Source: Eledone cirrhosa (taxonomy: Eukaryota). Taken from it: a DNA stretch of 64,000 bases. The DNA is taken from the NCBI GenBank assembly GCA_964016885.1, contig OZ024741.1, forward strand, positions 190,030,001 through 190,094,000. Direction: 5' to 3'. Both the position numbers and the translations under genes were made by a program. Each line of letters opens with the position of its first letter. The first letter of the stretch is position 1. Positions 1-13,619 of this stretch are shown piece after piece. The notes under the pieces were generated by a model. The model worked only from the letters and a program-made list of their open reading frames with translations. It made no database searches and was not told the origin of the DNA.

Positions 1-1281
1 GAAAGGAAGATAACTAAATGGCACAAGACATTCTACCATTTTTGGCACAACACTGCTCTTTCTCACACTCTTGATTAATTAATTAAATTGATTATAAAAT
101 CTTCCACCATTGGAAGTTGATTGTTATAGTATCTATTTGACTCTCATTCCAAAAACCCAGTTGTAAAACCAGGTTGTGTGTGTGTTTATGTGTTTATGTT
201 TAGTTTTTGGCATTTGTTTTACATATGTAATAAATCTCTTCTTGGAAATTTCTCAACATCAATTCTCAATCAATCATTCATTTTTTGAAAAATATTTATA
301 CATCTATATGTTTTCATATTTACATATTTTCATTGATATATAATTTTATTACCATTGTCAGTTTATGTACCCTTTCCATGCTGGCATGGTCTGTGTGGGG
401 CTTTACAGTCTGAGACAGTTATTATTCAGCAATATTGCCCTCCTAGAGGAATCGGAGGATCATATCTTCCACATATGTTCTATTTTTTTTTTTTATATTT
501 GTTTAAATTTTCACACAGCATATAAACTATAGTCATACCTACATTAAATTCATCTTATATGTTACTCTGAAAATTTGGAAATGTGAGAATCCCAAATGCA
601 GAAAATAACTGTATTAACAATCGATCACTATAGATAATAGCTGAGAAAACCGAGTAAGCTACCTCTAGAGATGGAAGACAATGGCTTGAGGTGCCTATAA
701 GGAATCAAACTTATACTATGTAAATTGTTAATACAACTATTTGCTGTTATGGGAAATGATTAATGGTTGTTTGGCAGAATTGTTAGAGCTTCAGGGGAAA
801 ATGCTTTGTGATGTTTGTTCCAGCTGCTTAAGTTCTGCATTCAATCCCACCAATGTCAACTTTGCGTTCCTGGTTAATAAAATAAAGTACCAATCAAGCA
901 CTGACATCAGTGTAATCAACTTATCCCTCTCCTGAAAAATTACTGGCCTTGTGCCTTAATTAAAAACCATAATTATTATTACTATCGCTTGCTCTGATCA
1001 ATCAAGATCCCAGACTTCATTTGCTTGCCGAGTGTGGTGGACCTCATCATATCGGACCAAGGAAACAATGTTTCCATTGGTCTTTCTATTGCTGATACTA
1101 TCAACTGGTCGCAATGTGAAATAAAGTGTCTTGCTCAGGGACACAACATATCACCCAGTCTGAGAATTGAACTCGCAACCTCATGATTGCGAATCCAACT
1201 CTCTAACCACTAAGCCACTCACCTTCAAATTACTATAATCATTCTTAATATTATTATTTTTATTTTCATTTCTCGGTGCAG

Positions 1282-1317
1282 ACAGACCCATTTCACTAAG
1301 CTCGTCTTATCTTGCAG
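1282..1317 (+). CDS. Candidate 36-nt phase 1-1 micro-exon (RPISLSSSYLA) of the + strand receptor gene
   Basis: Pyrimidine tract + tgcag acceptor, GCAG|gtgtgt donor, open in the phase that joins the Ig exon. No homology support. Confidence 0.2.
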
Positions 1318-1745
1318 GTGTGTACTATGTCTCTGTTTGCACAAATATGTATGTATGCATGTGGACATTTTCTTTTATTATGTATGTTTGTATGTGTCAT
1401 AATCATCATCATCATCATCATCATTGGGTATCTGTTTTCCCTGCTAGCTAAGGTTGGGCGGGAATGTATATGTGTGTGTGGCTTTGTGTTCATGTGTGTG
1501 TGTGTGTGTATATTTCCTTGATATTTTTACTACAAGAGTAAGAGAGACCCATTTCATGTGTTTTAATAATAGAAAGCCCTAATCATATCATACACATACA
1601 CAACAGGCTCCATGATGCCAAGCCTTATCTTTTAGGTAGGGTACTTATTCCACTGATCTTCACTCCTCAAACAACTAAGCTGCAGGACATATTGCTTATG
1701 TGGGACATAAAAAAACACCACAATTTTGAACTGTATTAACATGAA

Positions 1746-1792
<47 letters not shown>

Positions 1793-2029
1793 TCAGTAGA
1801 CTTCCATTCAGTTTCTGTCTACTAAATTTTCCTCTCAAAGCTGTAGTAAAAGACATTTTCTCAAGGTGTAAAATCACAGTGGAATTGAACCTGAAACTAT
1901 GTGGGTGCAAAGCAAACTTCTTAACCAAACAATATGACTGAAAAGAAATATAGGAGGGTCATGGTTGGAATACCTTTGATCATATTTGACTGCTCAGTCA
2001 TGGACTGAGCTGGATACTGAACACAACGG

Positions 2030-2438
2030 AATAATTGTTTCTACTTTAGGCACAAGGCCAACAATTTGGGGGGAAAGGTAAAGTCAATTAAATCGACTCG
2101 TGCATTACTGGTACTTTATTTTATCGACCCCCATAAGGATAGAAGGCAAAGCTAACCTCAGCAGAATTTACACTTAGAATGTAAAGGGCCATAACTCTAT
2201 GTCGCGAAGCATAGATGCTCTAACGATACTGCCAATCCACCAACAATAGAATAATTGTTTCTACATTTGGCACAAGGCCAGCAATTACCCAGTGTATTAC
2301 TGGTACTTTATTTTATCGACCCCGAAAGGATGAAAGGCAAAGTTAACCTTGGCGGGATTTGAACTCAGAATGGCAAGGACCGTAACTCTATGCGTCAAAG
2401 CATGGCGTCCAACCCTCTACCGATACTGCCAATCCTCC
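2030..2438 (-). mobile_element. Two tandem family A SINEs
   Basis: Reverse complement of the family A head, core and tail, twice. Confidence 0.88.
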
Positions 2439-3763
2439 AATGCTTTCTATAAGGAGTAGCAGGTCTGCTATGACTCACCTTGCTGAGTCACACATGAGAA
2501 AAATACTTCCTTGTCAAATCTACTCAACTTCAAATCTGATTAAAGCTTAGTGTAGTTGTTGTGCTGTTACTGAGGTTGTTGATGTTGTTGTGGTTGTTAA
2601 TATTGTTGCTGTGGTTGTCTCCATAAGTCTATTTAGTTAATTTTTTTTTAATATTCAAGCATATATATAGATAATTTTGATCCCCACTCTTTTTTTTTAT
2701 CTAAAATGTTTCAATATGGGTTTAACATGGCAGTGGTGGTGAGGATGATTTAAATATGAATTTTGTTTGTAATGTCTAAAATACTAAAATACCAAGAAAA
2801 AAAATAAGAAACAAAATATTTTTCTTTTTTAATTCTTAATTTTTTTTTCATAATTCTTAGTTAGAATCAAAACTGTTTCATAATATCTGAGATTAAATTT
2901 CAAAGCATGGCTGACTAGAGATTATCTTGGTTGGATTGAAAAAAACAGAAGAAAACAAACCCCAACAATTCCTTCTTCAAGTAAAAATTGTTTCTTTTAT
3001 ACATGTCTGGTTCCATTCCAAGTGGAATGAATCTCTCAGACAAACCAAAGAATATGAATTATATTCATTGATTATTTCAAAAGAAGTATATTCTGAGGAA
3101 ATGTTCAATGTTTTAAGCATTCTATTTGTTTGTGCTTGTGTTTGAGTTTGTCTTTATGTTTGTGTGTCTGTATTTGTCATCATCATCACTTTTACATCCA
3201 CTTTCCCATGTAGGTATCGGTTGGGGAGGACATTTTAAGACAAAGTATATAACCACGTGCTCTTTCTGGCCCAATTCTTTTAGTTGTCTCTTACGATACA
3301 GTGTACCTATTAAAAAAAAAACAGAATACATTTTATTACATAATGTGTTCTAAGTATGTGTGTGTACTGAAAATTGAATGAGGAAGTATATTAGAAAATC
3401 TATATATAATACAAAAGAGAGATGTTTATTGGTTGGTTGAATCACACGAAAACTACACACACATACAAATACATACACACACACATCTAAAGAGGGAGAG
3501 ATACAGAGGGAGAGGTATAAAAAGAGAGATAAGCTGTTATACAGAGAGAGAGATAATTAAAGTGTTAGATATTCAGAAAGAGAGAGAGAGAGGGAGTGAC
3601 GTCCCACAAAAGATAAGAATCAGCTTAAACTATAGATCAAAGTATATCAGTTGAAGGTTTAACAATATTGCATTAACTTTTATAAAGTAGTTTTACAGTC
3701 TTTGATTTTACAGAACAAAGAAAAATTGATACTATTTGAAATTAATCTACCCTCCAGCTTTTA

Positions 3764-4119
3764 TCCATATACTACTTACAGACCGTACTAACGAAGCAAC
3801 ACTTCAGAAGCAATGTTATCCGGTATATTGCTGCGTTTCCGATGACGTCCTTTGGAGCTGAAAAAGATCATACTGACTATGATTATTTCAAAGCATTTAA
3901 AATCCAAGGCCAATACTACCATTTAATCGGCAGTTTACCCCCCACCCCCCACCCCGCCACCAGCCTAATAAGGAAGTTTTATGATTGTTTTGTTTTATGT
4001 CTCTCTCACACACATTACGGCCTCACCTTATACTAGACGACACATCCAATACAGTCATTTTCTCTTTTATCCGTCTTCTCTTAACTGTTCTCCCGGGCAA
4101 AGCCGAGTACCTCAGCTAG
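3764..4119 (+). mobile_element. Miniature Helitron retaining a Rep fragment
   Basis: MTSFGA...FKIQGQYYHLIGSL resembles the Helitron Rep N-terminal region. 3' CCCGGGCAAAGCCGAG hairpin remnant and CTAG|T end. The 5' A|TC boundary is tentative. Confidence 0.75.
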
Positions 4120-4175
4120 TCTAAGATGAATTTAATGCAGGTAAGGTATAACTGTAGTTATTCCTTACCTACATT

Positions 4176-4585
4176 AATGATCGAAAGAATACGATCACGA
4201 ATACAAGCGGCCGAAATGGGATTCCTCCAAAGGATCTTTAGATTAACGTTACTTGATAAAGTGTGTAGATCGGAGATCAGAGAATCACTCTAGGTAGAGC
4301 TGGTACTTCTCCGAATTGAGAGATCACAGCTCTGATACTATGTGGTTAGAATGTTTCAGGAAAGAATCGCTGGACAGATTTTACAGGCAAAACCAACAGG
4401 TAGGAGACCCAGGGGTAGACCCTGAGCAAGATGGTTAGACAACATCCATGAGCTTGGCTGGTCATGCTTGGGGATCCAGTCGGATCAGTTGGAGGCAGTT
4501 GCTTCTGACAGTACCCGCTGGAGGGAGTGTTTGAGGACTCTACCCTCATGACCCTCTCAGGAATAAGTGAGTGAAGAAGAAGAAG
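4176..4585 (+). mobile_element. Rex3/Expander-like RTE 3' fragment (also ~26677-27010 and ~33557-33935)
   Basis: RSRIQAAEMGFLQR...VEPLLL.I.RSQ...PTGRR..GRPRAR remnants and a (GAA)n tail in three copies. Confidence 0.75.
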
Positions 4586-6473
4586 GTATAACTACAGTTT
4601 ATAAACTTCACTGTAAACTAATGTGAAAAACATTGTGTTATTCTTTCTGTATAGAGAGAAATATAAGAGATTGACTTTACATTTTCTGCAGTTAGTTGGC
4701 CAATCATCAGAAGACAAATACCTGTAATCTTCCACCTATAAAGGGAATCTATAGTCGAATACTACTTATGTCAGGTCAAATGGTTGTGTAGTCAAAATGT
4801 TTGTTTCACATCTACTTGGCTCCTTATTCAATCCCAAAGCCTTGAATCGACTGGTCTTGAGACAAAAAGTTTTTAGACAGAAGCTATGCGGAAACTTGTC
4901 AGAGCAACTATTCCTATTCTTCAGTGATAAACTTAATCCTTTGCCTAGTTTAACACTACCACCTTACTCTTGGATGCTCTTTTTACAGAACCTATTCTGC
5001 TGCAAGCATTTTGACTAGGTGTTCAGTTCAAGGATACTTTATATCTCTATCTCACCAGTCTTGGAGAGCCTGAAAGGGGGTTATTGATGTTTCCCTTCTT
5101 CCTCTGACTAAGCCATAATTCAAAGTTTAGTAAGTGCTACAGGAACTGAAAACAGACAATGGTGAATCACACAAACAAATATAATTTAACAAACAAGCCG
5201 TTGTTGATGTGCTGAGACCAGTGAATATCCTGCCCTGGAAATTGATTATTTTCTGAAATTGAGACTAGTATAGGTTTTTAATTGCATCCTGTTAAAGCTT
5301 CACTTGTTTTGATTACAGTATTTACGAAATTATATTTCTCCTCTGTGTTTTAAATTATTAGCACTAGAGAGAGTCAAAGTAGAAAGAGGTGATGGAGAGA
5401 AAGAGATTTACAGGATAGTGGTGGTTATATATATATATATATATATATTGTACAGTAGTGACAAAATAGAGAGACAAAGAGAGGCAGCAATTTTATGTGA
5501 TCTGTCAAATTGTAAATTGATGGTTTCTGTTCAGAGTGCTCTCTGTTTAAATTGTCTTCCTCTCGGTGTGGTTTAATTTATTTTATTGTTTACTAATTTA
5601 AATTCATATAACAGCAATAATGATAAATATGATATCTGACATAGACAAAAGATCAGCAACTGCTGGTGGGGTAGTTGAATGACCCTTAGTATCTCACATA
5701 GTAGCTGGGAGGTTGAAAAGTAACACTGACCTCTCTATAACACAACACACACAACCTATACTCAACACTATAACACCACCCACATAACATATACTTTACA
5801 CACTCACTACTCAAAACTATAACACAACTCATGCAGTGCATATATTACAACCCTCATACCACTGACAACAACTCATGTAATTTTTTTTCTACACAATCAT
5901 CACCCAATATTATAACACAATCTTCAAAGACATATTTTACATTAAAACAACAAAACATATGTAACACAACTTATATTGCGTGCAATCAAAGAACTCTTCA
6001 GTTACAGTATTACCTTGACCAAGGGCTAGTACCCTCTCCCAGCTGTGTTCTCTGGCCTACAGTCACATATTGGGGGGTCTGTCCTGTTCAGCATAAATCC
6101 ACAAGTCAGCAATGCTTGGACACTGAGTACATGCATTACAAACAGGCTTGGGGCTGAAATTTTACTATGATTCTAGAGTTTATCTCAAAGTAGCAATGCA
6201 CCCCAATAGCCAAGTCAACTTATGGTGCTTCTAGAAGCTGCCCATATCCCACAGAATGACGGTCCTCTAAAATAGACTGTTCTGTTGATTCTCATCATTC
6301 TTGAACACCATAAACCCTCTGTAGAATGCCAGGGTGTACCAACCATGTTGCTGTATTGTAAATAACTGGGTGTTTGATGACATTCTAAACATTAGGTTCC
6401 CAAACTTAGTCTTCGCGTGGCTCATGACTGCAACTTTGTCAAAGAGATATACTACAGAAAAACATGCCTAGTA

Positions 6474-7650
6474 AATAGGGACTACACCTACTCACCACCC
6501 AGGAGTATATGTAGATCCTGCAGCTACAAATAGGGACTACACCTACTCACCACCCAGGACTATATGTAGATCTTGCAGCTACAAATAGGGACTACACCTT
6601 CTCACCGCCCAGGAGTATATGTAGATCCTGCAGCTACAAATAGGGACTACACCTTCTCACCACCCAGGAGTATATGTAGATCCTGCAGCTACAAATAGGA
6701 ACCACACCTCACAACCCAGCTACTAACAACAACCACATCTTCTCACCACCCAGGAGTATCTACATATGCTACAGCTACAGCAAGGGACCACACCTTTTCA
6801 CCACCCAGGAGTATCTACATATGCTACAGCTACAGCAAGGGACCACACCTTTTCACCACCCAGGAGTATCTACATATGCTACAGCTACAGCAAGGGACCA
6901 CACCTTTTCACCACCCAGGAGTATCTACATATGCTACAGCAAGGGACCACACCTTTTCACCACCCAGGAGTATCTACATATGCTACAGCTACAGCAAGGG
7001 ACCACACCTTTTCACCACCCAGGAGTATCTACATATGCTACAGCTACAGCAAGGGACCACACCTTTTCACCACCCAGGAGTATCTACATATGTTACAGCT
7101 ACAGCAAGGGACCACACCTTTTCACCGCCCAGGAATATCTACATATGCTACAGCTACAGCAAGGGACCACACCTTTTCACCACCCAGGAATATCTACATA
7201 TGCTACAGCTACAGCAAGGGACCACACCTTTTCACCACCCAGGAGTATCTACATATGCTACAGCAAGGGACCACACCTTTTCACCACCCAGGAGTATCTA
7301 CATATGCTACAGCTACAGCAAGGGACCACACCTTTTCACCACCCAGGAGTATCTACATATGCTACAGCTACAGCAAGGGACCACACCTTTTCACCACCCA
7401 GGAGTATCTACATATGCTACAGCTACAGCAAGGGACCACACCTTTTCACCACCCAGGAATATCTACATATGCTACAGCTACAGCAAGGGACCACACCTTT
7501 TCACCACCCAGGAATATCTACATATGCTACAGCTACAGCAAGGGACCACACCTTTTCACCACCCAGGAGTATCTACATATGCTACAGCTACAGCAAGGGA
7601 CCACACCTTTTCACCATCCAGGAATATCTACATATGCTACAGCTACAGAC
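6474..7650. repeat. 55-bp minisatellite preceded by ~4 divergent ~56-bp units
   Basis: Unit CACACCTTTTCACCACCCAGGAGTATCTACATATGCTACAGCTACAGCAAGGGAC repeated about 16 times, including two 49-bp variants. Confidence 0.97.
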
Positions 7651-8304
7651 AGCAACTACAATGACCCATTGAATAATAGGTTCAGTACAATATATCTTAT
7701 GGGCTTCTACATAGTTTCCATCTACCCAATTTCATTCACAAGGCTTGGATTGATTAAAGGCACTTGCCCAATATCCCAAGGTCTTGAATAAGCTGATCAA
7801 AACTCAGAACTGCTTGATTATAAAGCAAACTCCTTAACAACATAGCTACATGTCACACACACACACATGTGCGCACACACACACACACGTGTGTGATTGA
7901 CTCATTTATAATATTTTATTTTTCCCTAGTTTAGATACTGAATCGTTATGAACTTTTTTTTTTTTTTAATTAATAATATTGGCAGGACATAAAGACAGCA
8001 TTGATCTTGAAGAAATCGATAATGAAAACGCACATACAAATATTATTTGTTGAATTTACTTCAGATTTAGATTAATTCCATCAGAAATCTAGAGTTCCAG
8101 TTGAAATGGCAGCTGGCTAATTTTCTTACCATTCTCCTATCCATAAAACCTACTTTAACAATGTTTTGATGGCTTTGTTGATAAAGGAGAAAAATTAAAA
8201 GAAATTCTTCATACAAATAAACACATGCTTATGTTTTTCTCTCTGGGTGATAAATATTTGAATGAATTATAATCACCAATATATATTATATTATATTGCT
8301 ATAA

Positions 8305-9092
8305 GGGCGGTGGATTGGCAGTAACAGTAGAGGGTCGGGCGCCATGCTTTGGCGCATAGAGTTACGGCCATTCTGAGTTCAAATCCCGCCGAAGTTAACT
8401 TTGCCTTTCATCCTTACGGGGTCGATAAAATAAAGTACCAGTAATGTACTGGGTAATTGCTGACCTTGTGCCAAAAGTAGAAACAATTATATTATATTGC
8501 TATTATATTACTATTATTAGGGCTACGATCTGAGTTCAAATCCCGCCGAGGTTGACTTTGCCTTTCATCCTTACGGGGGTCGATAAAATAAAGTACCAGT
8601 AATGCACTGGGTAATTGCTGGCCTTGTGCCTAAAGTAGAAACAATTATTAGGGCGGTGAATTGGCAGTATCGGTAGAGGGTTGGATGCCATGCTTTCTAG
8701 CATAGAGTTACGTACCTTTACAGTCTGAGTTCAAATCCCGCCGAGATTAACTTTGCCTTTCATCCTTACGGGGTCGATAAAATAAAGTACCAGTAATGCA
8801 CTGGGTAATTGCTGGCCTTGTGCCTAAAGTAGAAACAATTATATTACTATTATTTGAAATCACTACTATATTATAATATATTGTATATATATTATATTAT
8901 TAGGGCAATGGATTGGCAGTATCGGTAGAGCCTCAGACATCATGCTTTGCAGCATAGAGTTATGGCCCTTTACGTTCTGAGTTCAAATCCCACCAAGGTT
9001 AACTTTGCCTTTCATCCTTACGGGGTTCATAAAATAAAACACCAGTAATGCACTGGGGTAATTGTTGGCCTTGTGCCAAAAGTAGAAACAGT
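8305..9092 (+). mobile_element. Head-to-tail cluster of four tRNA-derived SINEs (family A)
   Basis: A-box-like TGGCAGTATCGG, B-box GAGTTCAAATCC, core CTTTGCCTTTCATCCTTACGGGGTCGATAAAATAAAGTACC, tail GTAGAAAC(AATT/ATT)n. The second copy lacks its head. Confidence 0.9.
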
Positions 9093-9135
9093 TATATTAA
9101 TTAAATTTTAATGTATTGTATTTATATTACTATCA

Positions 9136-10017
9136 TCTATATATATAAAACAAAGAATGTCTGTGTATCTGTTTTCCTAAAACTTGAGAACTACCCAACC
9201 AATTTTTTCAAACTTTACACATGTAATACTTATGGTCTTATTGCGTGTTCTGAGCAAAATAAATTTCAAATTTTCAATGCCCTAGGGACCGCATTAGGCA
9301 ATTTAGCAATCTCTTTCTCTTAGTCTTTCTCTTTTTAGATAGATACATAGATATAACGTCGCGCCCTTATAATATCTGGCTGTCTGCATTACGACATTAT
9401 GACGCAATCAGTGTGTGTGTGTATATATATATATATATTCTTATGCCAGGGAACGTCTTCACAAACCAAAGTATCGTCTTCCTATTTTCCTTCGGTTGCA
9501 ACGTTTTTCGAAATATTTACATCTGCATTCACAGATTGATTTTTTTAGTTTCAGAAGATCCCGTTAAGGTTGAAAGCAGCGATTCTTTGCTTAAACATTA
9601 ATATGTTGTTTTAATATAGATATTCGTGTACAGATATTTTTACATACACAAAAACAAAATATAAACAAACAAGGCTAACGATTACATCAGTTAGTCTTAG
9701 TGTACTTCATACTGCTATTAGGTAGAAGATCCCGTTAAGGGTGAAAGCAGCGATTCATTTTCTGCGTTCACAGATTGATTTTTTTAGTTTCAGAAGATCC
9801 CGTTAAATGTGAAAGCAATGATTCTTTGCTTAAACTTTAATCTGTTATTTTAATATATATATATATAATTATATATTTGTGTACAGATATTTTTGCATAC
9901 ACAATAACAAAATATAAACAAACGTATTTATTTTACGAGGCTCGATAAGGATAAATATATATCAAATATATAAGAACCCTAGAGCAAATCCCGAGCAACG
10001 CCGGGCCATTCTGCTAG
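9136..10017 (+). mobile_element. Non-autonomous Helitron
   Basis: A|TCTATATATATAAAA start; same CCCGAGCAACGCCGGG hairpin and CTGCTAG|T end as the 15.6-19.6 kb element. No ORF; internal ~150-bp duplication. Confidence 0.88.
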
Positions 10018-12012
10018 TATTATATATATTATGCTATATTAACTATTATATATTGTTGGCAGTCGATTGTAATCAAGTATGACTTAATGTTAGTTTTTTT
10101 TTTTTGTTTTTTGTTTTTTGTTTTTTTTTTAAATTATTATAGTTAAATAATAAAGAAACTTCATCAATGATGTTTCATTCTTTCATGCAACTATAGAACA
10201 AAATCACTGGCACAACCATGTCCAGAGCTATTGCAGGATACAGTGCCAGTGTGGGAGATCTTACTCTAGCTCTTTCTCTCTTTCCTTCTTGTTGTTCCAC
10301 CCATTTCGATCTGCATTTTTTCCTACTATACCATATAGTACCTTACAGTATTTATTTAGTGTTCTTGACAATCTGATTTCAAATCCCTCCAGAATCCACT
10401 TCACCTTTCATCTTCCCAGGGCTTGATATAATAAAGTGGCAGTTATGTATTGAGGTTGATTAAATTGTCTAACTATATTCTTCCCCAAAATGGTTTCAAA
10501 GACTGGTAGTTTTCTACCATATTGAACAAAAAATAGGTAGTAGCTAAAAAAAACTGACTCGGATTGTAACATACCATCCAACCAGTGGCAATGGCAGCAG
10601 CGTCATAAGAATCATATTAGTCTTAAAGTATTATATGCAGGAAGAAAAATTATAAAGATTGGGCCATGCAGTAATTTTGTGGATGGCTATTGTGTATGGT
10701 ATTTTTTAGCTCCTACATTTTAACATAATCTGACAGTCGCCACATGCAGATTCAAATAATCAGTTAATCCTTTTCTTTACTCTTAGGTATTGGAAAACTA
10801 ATGCATACGTCTCAATCAATCTAAACAGATGAATCATTAGATATTACAAATAATTCCACATTAAATATATTAACAGGTTGTCCCATTTATTAAAGTAATA
10901 CAAATCATATGTGTGGTTGGGCCAATGAGGTGGTGTGGTCTGTATATGGTTAAACTAGACTTGCAAGAGGTATCTACAAATTTCTCTCTAATCATGTCTT
11001 GCTATCTATAAAACAAGAGACAGGATTTCAGAAGAAATTTTACACAACTAAACTATACTACTTTCAGTCCCTAAAAGTTGGAAACCTCCCCTCAAAATAT
11101 AAGGGAACTGAGAAGTTTTTTTGAAAGGAGGGCCATCAGATATTGACTGAACCCTCCTTTATAAGACCTGAAAGAGCACATTAGAATATGTAGTCCTGGA
11201 TATAATTTGTCTCAATAAAAGACGAAATGATCACAGATGGAAGGCTTTTTTTAATCATAGGTCTGCTGAATCAAGGCTGACCTGGGGTTAAACAACAACC
11301 AACTATAACTCTACATACTCTATTCTGTATATGCTGTTTATATACTAGATATATGGCTAAATTAGGGAGTTTATCTGCTACAAAAACAGTCGGTTTTTAT
11401 TTTTTTGTTTTTTTACTGTTTGTGTCAGTTTAGTCAAAGAAGGAAGGAATGTTCATGGCCCTTTTCAAGACCTCTGAGACTGGTGGGAGGAAAGTATGAA
11501 GGTATCCTCAATCAGCGATTTAGCCCAGATGATTACAATAAAGTAAACTGCACTAATGACACCTATGGGTTAAGGTTAAACTAGTGGTGTTAAACTGAAT
11601 GACAAATTATGTTTACCATCCAAGTATACCACAGTGAGATTTGAACTCATATCACAAAGAGCTTGAATATATATTGCAAGTCATCTCTACATATGCTCTA
11701 ACAATTTTGCTAATATTGACCTTGAAAGGGTGATAGATAAAGTTGTTAATTTGAACTGATAATGCAGAGAGCTTAAATAAATATTGCATTCAATATTGGT
11801 CAAATCTTGACTTTTAAAAAATGGAAACAAACGTTATAATGTATTCTTAGATATACTTTGTCAGAATAAAAACAGAATGGTTGCAGTTGGAACATCATTA
11901 ACTTTTTCATTACTTCTTTTCTAATGAAATACTTTGTATTTTAATTAATAAATGAAGAATTTGGGAAGGGTTTACTAAAATTAAATTTCATTATTTGTAA
12001 TATGCGGTAATG

Positions 12013-12420
12013 AGCGGTGAATTGGCAGTATCGGTAGAGAGTCGGACGCCATGCTTTCCAACATAGTTATGTCTCTTTACAGTCTGAGTTCAAATCCCGC
12101 CGAGGTTAACTTTGCCTTTCATCCTTACGGGGTCGATAAAATAAAGTACCAGTAATGTACTGCATAATTGCTGGCCTTATGCCAAAAGTAGAAACAATTA
12201 TTTGTAATATGCGGTGGATTGCAGTATCGGTAGAGCGCCAGACAACATGCTTTACTGCATAGTTACGGCCCTTTGTGTTATGAGTTCAAATCCCACCAAG
12301 GTTAGCTTTGCTTTTCATCCTTACAGTAAAATAAAGTACTAGTAACTACTGGGGTTGATTTAATCGACTTTCCCCTCCCCCTTCAAATTGCTGGCCTTGT
12401 GCCTAAAGTTGAAACAATTA
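12013..12420 (+). mobile_element. Two tandem family A SINEs
   Basis: Same A/B boxes, core and tail as the 8.3 kb cluster. Confidence 0.88.
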
Positions 12421-12947
12421 TTTGTAATATGTTCTTTTTTGAAGTTATGTTGGAAGGTTTTAATTTGAGTAGGAACCCTTCAAAATATGTTGTTTTATTT
12501 TATAGAAACAGAGACAGTTTTGGATTTGTTGATACCCAAAGTGATAATTATGTCTGCTGAATAAAACATAATTTATAATATACAGATTTTGTTATACTTT
12601 GGGAGAGTCATGCTGCCAATAAAAACACATGGATCTGTTGGTTTTTACTTCAATTAATTATAAATTTCCGGGTGGTTGTTTATATATTGTCAAAGCTCTT
12701 TCGTCACACATTCTGTGACCTCCTCAGTGACTGGGTTTTTTATGTTGTGTCTCTCCTTGTTAGAAAGATGTGCGTGATTTAACTCTTCCTCGAACCATCA
12801 AGATTTGGTTAATGGGGCCGATTGTAGATGTGTAGTTTACGTTCGTAGTTGACTTTGGTTTAATCTGGTCGTATTTACGTTTCAAGTTAAGGTAATTGAC
12901 GGTCTTAGTTACATATATATATATATTCGTTTTTTTTTTTCTTCCAG

Positions 12948-13247
12948 GAACCCATCTTACCGAACCACGTATCAAAATCTTGCCGAAATGGAGGTTACAC
13001 AAAGTGAAAGGGTCTAACCTGCAGATGACATGTGTAGTCAACACACCCGTACCACCAATTTTTATGAAATGGCTGTTTATTAGTATTGACCGCAATGACA
13101 CATTGGCCTGTAGCAGGGGAAATAACTCTGTTTCCCTTAATATCAAGAAGTTGAAAATACTGGATGCCGGTGCCTATATATGTGTTGTGAAACTAGCTAA
13201 CGGCAAGACTGTTAACAAAGATGCTGTAGTTTTCATTCTTGATAAAG
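12948..13247 (+). CDS. Internal exon encoding an immunoglobulin-like domain of the LDLRAD3-like receptor
   Basis: Poly-T tract + ccag acceptor and AAAG|gtactc donor; 300 nt, phase 1-1. Translation contains the Ig signature LQMTC...KW...VSLNI...DAGAYIC. Phase-compatible with the downstream LDLa exon; the linkage itself is inferred. Confidence 0.8.
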
Positions 13248-13353
<106 letters not shown>

Positions 13354-13619
13354 GTATATATAATAGATTGATTCCTGATGTATGTTGGGAGGTGACCACA
13401 GTTTAAAAAGGTACACAATACATTAGTAAAGTATAGGCATCTTTATTTTTTTTATAGAAATGACTTCTACAGGTCTAAGACTGTTTCGTTCGTAAAAAAA
13501 TCATCAAGACTTTCCTGATGATTTATAAGTGAAACAGTTCTAGTGTTGTAAATATATATAGTTTGTGTATTTACTCTGCAGTATAGTGTTTAGGGTGTGA
13601 GTAGATTCTTTTACTTGTT

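Noticed and set aside
4690-4712. Minus-strand CTGATGA...GAAA
   Set aside because: No coherent stem II closing onto GAAA and no stems I/III; chance match.
6766-7791. Three long overlapping ORFs of 262-341 aa; also superficially CRISPR-like periodicity
   Set aside because: All arise from a stop-free 55-bp unit read in three frames. There are no unique spacers, no cas genes, and the context is eukaryotic.
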